Positions 9,001 through 11,952 of a stretch of 11,952 nt of DNA are shown piece by piece. Made by a program: the position numbers and the translations under genes. Source of the stretch: Amoebophrya sp. A120 (Eukaryota > Protista > Dinoflagellata). The stretch covers positions 1-11,952 of the forward strand of contig CAJINV010000074.1 of the NCBI GenBank assembly GCA_905178155.1, read 5' to 3'. The notes under the pieces were generated by a model. It saw only the letters and a list, made by a program, of their open reading frames with translations. It had not been told where the DNA came from and did no database searches. Position 1 is the stretch's first letter, and the number at the start of each line of letters is the position of its first letter.

Positions 9001-11202
9001 TTTGTCATGCAAAACAGCCAAAGCCTGTGGATTTGCCTAGCCGAGTCCCCATCTTGACTATGGGGTGGCGAGGTTTTTGCATAGGATAACCCGAGGCTGG
9101 TTCGGTCGGTTTTCGTTTTCTTTTCCAACAGCCACTCGTTCGCTTCGGTCTTTCCATTGCAAACATGTCTGGGTCTGGAAACTTGTGATGCAAGGAAGGG
9201 AATAATGATCTCACTGTAATGCGCTGCCAAGCGTGCCATGTTTTTTCGTGGGTCTGAGTTGCGCATCCCGCATGAGAAGCTGCATTTTTGCATGACAGAG
9301 AGGAGGAGCTCTTCGCGGCCACGCAATACAGAGCTTAGAGTCATGCCAGACTAGCATGCCAAATCTCGCAATCACCCAGACCACCCAGACATATATGCAT
9401 TTGATACGGTCACCCCCGTCGCCAAAGCCCCCCGGAACTCGTTCCATTCGATCACATTCGGGTCGGGAGATAAGATATGAACTGCAAAAGTATCGCACTC
9501 GTACTAATTACATTTATGCATTACAAATCTTTTTCTTACTCTTAGGGTAAATCTGCATGGCGAATTTAGTTTGTAATGCTGGGCTAATTTGTGATGCAAT
9601 TTATACTAGTACGATGCTTTTGCTTTGCATATAAGATGCAGTCGTCGGCGTTGTCGTCTTCTAAAAAAGTTGGCTTCCCGGTCGCGGAGTCCACGCTGTC
9701 CCAGATTTTCTGTTGCTCAATGTCGAGAAGCTTCAACACCGGCCATTGGGAGGACATGAGAAGGTAGAAATCGGTCGGGATGTGGTAAAAGCAATCCCGG
9801 ACACTGTCCATCGACTCCGCGCCCACGCTATGCTGTGCAAAAGTATCGCACTCGTATAAATGCATTACAAATCTCCTCAGCATGAGAAATAAAATTTGTA
9901 ATGCGAAATTGCCTTAAGAACAGGATTTGTAATGCATGAGTGCAATACGAGTACGATACTTTTGCACAGGATACACGCAGGCGACGAGTTTTCCCAGCGG
10001 GCACCCGGGGATTTGCATATCACATGCAAAAATGTCTGGGTCTGGAAGAATGCAGACTTGTCATGCATATTTCTCATGACCCATGACGCCAGTAATGCTT
10101 GACCTAGCATCGCAGACTTTTAGAGGGCTTCCTGATGCACCTTCCGCATGAGAAATGCCCTGTCCGTGTAGCAAAAACTAAAACTATCCCCCTCTTGCTG
10201 GTCATGCAATACAAATTTTTTTAGAGTCCAAAAACAGCATGACAAGTTGCAATCTTCCAGACCCAGACATTTTTACAGTTGATATTGCAAGGCGTAGCGG
10301 GAAACGTGGTAGTCGGGGGGTTCGTTTTTCGCCACCGCGTCGGAAACGAGGTTGAGGTATTTGGTCCAAAAGGGGTCTTCTCGTACGCAATCGGGGTCGT
10401 AGAACTGCCGCCCGACGTTCGTAGCGGACGCGGTTGTTGCGACAAGCAGGGATAGTACTGGCAGGAGATGTATGAAATGTAAAAATGTCTGGGTCTGGAA
10501 GGTTGGAACTTGTCATGCTAAATCTGAATCATGTAAAAATCTGTGTTGCATGAGTGCCAAAAGCTGTCCAGTTTTGACCTAATCGAGAGGCAGTTTCTCA
10601 TGCAGGATAGGCATGATAGAACTCTCACGGAATCTGTCATGCTATGTCCTCCATACCAGAACTCATGGGTCATGGAAAACCTGCATGACAAGTCTGGCAT
10701 TCTTCCAGACCCAGACACTTTTACATTTGATAAGATGCTGGAGTAGTCCCCTGCTTGCACATAGGAAAAATGTTGATCCACCACGACCTATTGCTCCTCT
10801 TCTTGGTTTTTTCCTTCGTCCGTTCGTCTGACAGTCGTTCCTGTGGAAGTTGTCCACCTGCTCGTCCCGCGATAGCATTTCTCGGTCGTGTAGGCCCCCG
10901 CTGCATCTTGAAGAAGATGCAGTCATCTTTGTGCAATTGGCACAAGAAGTAGCTCTCGCAGGCGCGGTTCTTGCAGAAGCCGCAGCACTTGTAGCTGTAG
11001 TTGCTCTCCTCTCAGCTGAACAAGACGAGGTAGGACTAGTACGAGAGACGACCATGCGACAGGAGGTTTCATCCACGACCCCCAACATCGCCGCTCGCTT
11101 CCGACGTTTGCGTCTTGCAGTAGAAGCTCCGCCTGTTGTTCCGCCAGGACAAGAACTGCGTGAGGACAGTGTAGATGATGGTGATGCAGCTCCTGTACTC
11201 AT
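42..11202 (-). CDS. Large 24-exon gene (at least 1390 aa, 3' end beyond the window): probable membrane-anchored multi-domain glycosyltransferase-like protein
   Basis: Exons in transcript order, each including both flanking TSD copies (one 5-bp copy is dropped per element): 11202-10733, 10470-10285, 10017-9974, 9828-9632, 9475-9407, 9150-9089, 8808-8742, 8501-8348, 8068-7810, 7557-6408, 6180-6089, 5865-5831, 5681-5355, 5101-5028, 4865-4819, 4558-4405, 3234-3005, 2707-2665, 2413-2289, 1580-1541, 1258-1213, 955-907, 683-384, 96-42. Total 4275 - 21x5 = 4170 nt = 1390 codons with no stop. The ATG at 11202 is in AAAATG context with an in-frame TGA two codons upstream. Junctions rebuild coherent sequence, e.g. 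LLQHL|LPVLSLLV, CAQLGADVCG|GVTC, EEFTA|KNKELL, VWTDA|GISFLDDIRPL, FTKRDAFLLL|NMDY. Confidence 0.9.
97..383. mobile_element. Element 2, family B introner/MITE, 287 bp
   Basis: TIR TATCCTGAGGAAAAACGTGCCCACCCC ... GGGGTGGGGACATTTTTACACAGAATA; TSD GGTAT/CGTAT (1 mismatch). Confidence 0.88.
684..906. mobile_element. Element 3, family D introner/MITE, 223 bp
   Basis: TIR TATGGGAAGAAAAAAGCATTACAGTTA ... TAACTGTAACACTTTTTTCGTGGGATA; perfect TSD GAGAA; removal gives FTKRDAFLLLNMDY. Confidence 0.9.
956..1212. mobile_element. Element 4, family A, 257 bp
   Basis: TATCAACTGCAAAAGTGTCTGGGTCTGGAA ... TTCCAGACCCACACGTTTTTGCATTTGATA; TSD TGGGG/TCGGG (1 mismatch). Confidence 0.9.
1259..1540. mobile_element. 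Element 5, family A, 282 bp
   Basis: Family A TIRs; perfect TSD CGGGC. Confidence 0.92.
1581..2288 (-). other. Canonical GT-AG spliceosomal intron, 708 bp
   Basis: Donor CAG|GTATGA at 2289/2288 and acceptor TTCTACCAG|GC at 1581/1580; AT-rich; splicing rebuilds ILVWTDAGISFLDDIRPL. Confidence 0.88.
2414..2664. mobile_element. Element 6, family A, 251 bp
   Basis: Family A TIRs; perfect TSD GCTCC. Confidence 0.92.
2708..3004. mobile_element. Element 7, family B, 297 bp
   Basis: TATCCTGGGTAAAAACGTCCCCACCCC ... GAGGTGGGGAAGTTTTTCTTCAGAATA; TSD TTCAC/TTCGC (1 mismatch). Confidence 0.88.
3346..3839. repeat. Diverged tandem repeat, about 205-206 bp unit, about 2.4 copies
   Basis: CCAGAAAT(A/G)CCGT...CGTGTTTGA(C/G)CTTTCCACCTC recurs at 3347, 3553 and 3758; AAAAACCCGAATCAGGTGCGGTTTG is present in both full copies. 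Confidence 0.9.
3944..4182. repeat. Diverged tandem repeat, 128 bp unit, about 2 copies
   Basis: ACAGGCG...GGCAGGAACGGC(C/T)AAGAC(A/G)AAATTCG(G/C)GATGAGGTC...AAAATGCA(T/C)TGAAAAAT starts at 3944 and 4072. Confidence 0.85.
4559..4818. mobile_element. Element 8, family A, 260 bp
   Basis: Family A TIRs, the left one with a 3-bp duplication (GGGTCGTCTGGA); perfect TSD GCGTT. Confidence 0.92.
4866..5027. mobile_element. Element 9, family C, 162 bp
   Basis: TATCCTCTGCAAAAGCATCGTACT ... AGTGCGATGCTTCTGCATTTCATA; perfect TSD ACAGA. Confidence 0.92.
5102..5354. mobile_element. Element 10, family A, 253 bp
   Basis: Family A TIRs; TSD CGCCA/CACCA (1 mismatch). Confidence 0.9.
5682..5830. mobile_element. 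Element 11, family C, 149 bp
   Basis: TATGCATTGCAAAGGTATCGCATTC ... GAGTACGATACTTTTGCACAGGATA; perfect TSD GCCCT. Confidence 0.92.
5866..6088. mobile_element. Element 12, family E, 223 bp
   Basis: TATGACAGTGCACAACTTTCCCTCCCCCTCA ... TGAGAGGGAGGGGGAGTTGTGCAGTGTCATA; perfect TSD CGTGC. Confidence 0.92.
6181..6407. mobile_element. Element 13, family F (degenerate TIRs), 227 bp
   Basis: TATGCGGTTCTCAG...CATGATTTGTCATGCAA ... TTGCATTACAAATTCATG...CTGAGAATCTTCCCATA; perfect TSD GCCGA; removal keeps the frame (SGTIG|PANHP). Confidence 0.85.
6620..7160 (-). other. Degenerate nucleotide-diphospho-sugar transferase (GT77 / PF03407-like) domain
   Basis: IVLTSVDKGSITWLKNWL...IVLSSD...C...GMDMAYVSISHFWVRNPFPYL...LLAVKGSNRGLLFL follows the GT77 pattern (NW...D...C...GxDxxxxDxDxxWxRNPFPYL), but has SIS where DxD is expected. 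Confidence 0.55.
7558..7809. mobile_element. Element 14, family A, 252 bp
   Basis: Family A TIRs; perfect TSD CGTTG. Confidence 0.92.
8069..8347. mobile_element. Element 15, family A (degenerate TIRs), 279 bp
   Basis: TATAAAATGCAAATATGGCTAGGTCTGGGA ... CCCAGACATATTTGCGATGCTTA; perfect TSD TTCCA. Confidence 0.88.
8502..8741. mobile_element. Element 16, family A, 240 bp
   Basis: Family A TIRs, the left one with a short insertion; perfect TSD CGCAC. Confidence 0.9.
8809..9088. mobile_element. Element 17, family B, 280 bp, inverted relative to elements 2 and 7
   Basis: TATCCTGTGTAAAGACGTCTCCTCCCC ... GGGGTGGCGAGGTTTTTGCATAGGATA; perfect TSD ACCCG. Confidence 0.92.
9151..9406. mobile_element. 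Element 18, family A, 256 bp
   Basis: Left end TTTCCATTGCAAACATGTCTGGGTCTGGAA (TTT instead of TAT); perfect TSD CGGTC. Confidence 0.9.
9476..9631. mobile_element. Element 19, family C, 156 bp
   Basis: TATGAACTGCAAAAGTATCGCACT ... AGTACGATGCTTTTGCTTTGCATA; perfect TSD TAAGA. Confidence 0.92.
9829..9973. mobile_element. Element 20, family C, 145 bp
   Basis: TATGCTGTGCAAAAGTATCGCACTCGTA ... TACGAGTACGATACTTTTGCACAGGATA; perfect TSD CACGC. Confidence 0.92.
10018..10284. mobile_element. Element 21, family A, 267 bp
   Basis: Family A TIRs; perfect TSD TTGCA. Confidence 0.92.
10471..10732. mobile_element. Element 22, family A, 262 bp
   Basis: Family A TIRs; perfect TSD AGATG. Confidence 0.92.
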
Positions 11203-11439
11203 TTTTCAGCACTGTGGCGCGGCCCCCGAAGCCGTGCTGCTAATTATTTTTACAAGTGTTTCGGCTTTAATACAGCAACGCTCCATGACAGTTGGTTGTT
11301 GCAGCGGCCATCTTGCTGCGAAGAGAGCGGGCGCACAGGTAAGAAAAAAGCGCAAGGGGTCTAGATGTAGATGATGACTCGGGCCGACAATAGAAACATG
11401 CACGTGGTGATCTTACTTTTACTGAACAAGCTAGAGCAG

Positions 11440-11952
11440 AGAAATCTGCATTGATGCGGATTCGATCTTGCATCTAAACGAAAAGCCAAAAAAAGTAGTC
11501 TTTTTCCGGGCTACTAGTTTTCGACTACTTTATTTCCCACCACGCCCAGAGGAAAGAAAACCAGCCGAAGAAATGGCCACATCATTAACAGAATCCGCTC
11601 GGGGAAAAATTATCTCTAGAATCTGCATTGCAGATTCAATACTCATCTTGCATCTACCGAAAAAGAGAGGCCAAAGCAACCAACTTTTTTTCTCGCCGCG
11701 AGTTTTTTCTCCTCGCCGCGAGGAGAAAAAACCGCCCGAAAAAGTGGCTCGTCGACGTCGATAAGTATCCTCTACAAAAAAATCTGCATTGCAGGTTCAA
11801 TCTTGCATCGATCTAACGAAAAAGAGAGGCCAAAAAAGGTCCCGCAATTTCTCGCCGCGAGTTTTTGTGCCCCGCCGCGGGGCGAAAAACTGCAGCCCCG
11901 GAAGGGGCCCTCCCCCCGGAATCCGCTCGGGGAAAAGTCTCCTCTACAGAAA
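11440..11952. repeat. Diverged tandem repeat upstream of the gene, about 160-177 bp unit, 3 copies, likely continuing past the window
   Basis: AATCTGCATTG...ATCTTGCATC...CGAAAA recurs at 11443, 11620 and 11781; GAATCCGCTCGGGGAAAA occurs twice; units carry palindromes. Confidence 0.85.

Noticed and set aside
1-10732. CRISPR array or bacterial REP-like repeats suggested by the recurring ~30-bp CCAGACCCAGAC motif
   Set aside because: The repeats occur as inverted pairs enclosing about 250 bp with TSDs, the intervening sequences are in-frame exons, and there are no cas genes.
97-10732. Tc1/mariner-type MITEs or TA-bounded ciliate IESs, because the ends read TA...TA
   Set aside because: A separate 5-bp duplication lies outside the TA, and the frame is restored by removing both TA ends plus one 5-bp copy, so TA is part of the TIR.
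92-10737. Codon-phase bias of insertion sites
   Set aside because: The TSD begins at codon position 1, 2 and 3 in 4, 8 and 9 cases; too few sites and too weak a skew to claim.
4-10784. Many short ORFs sharing FQTQT, PDPDIF, KNVWVWK or KMSGSG peptides, resembling a repeat-protein family
   Set aside because: These are translations of the family A TIR in different frames, not genes.
42-11202. Pseudogene destroyed by transposon insertions
   Set aside because: There is no stop or frameshift in 1390 reconstructed codons and motifs are intact while element interiors have diverged, which points to ongoing selection. Expression itself cannot be shown from sequence.
10850-11374. Plus-strand 174-aa ORF (and 6963..7484)
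   Set aside because: Antisense shadows of minus-strand exons with no independent support.
1-11952. Autonomous transposase, group I/II intron or RNA gene
   Set aside because: No transposase, reverse transcriptase or endonuclease ORF, and no recognisable tRNA, rRNA or self-splicing intron motifs were seen.

Overview
Eukaryotic genomic DNA. Almost the whole window (11202 down to 42, minus strand, running off the left edge) is one large protein-coding gene of 24 exons that I reconstruct as an uninterrupted frame of at least 1390 codons. It encodes a probable membrane-anchored multi-domain glycosyltransferase-like protein. The gene has two ordinary GT-AG introns and 22 short (145-297 bp) insertion elements, 21 complete and 1 cut by the window edge, which make up about 42% of the window. 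Each complete element has terminal inverted repeats with the shared end TAT(C/G)NNNTG(C/T)AAA and a 5-bp target-site duplication (TSD; 17 perfect, 4 with one mismatch). None has GT-AG ends. They fall into at least six TIR types, and families A and B occur in both orientations. Removing each element plus one TSD copy restores the frame at all 21 junctions and rebuilds recognisable motifs. They therefore behave as non-canonical MITE-derived introns (introners) or as precisely excised DNA segments, resembling those reported in the dinoflagellate parasite Amoebophrya (the organism is my inference). Tandem repeats lie in the large canonical intron and upstream of the gene. Most ORFs in the six-frame track are artefacts of translating the elements.
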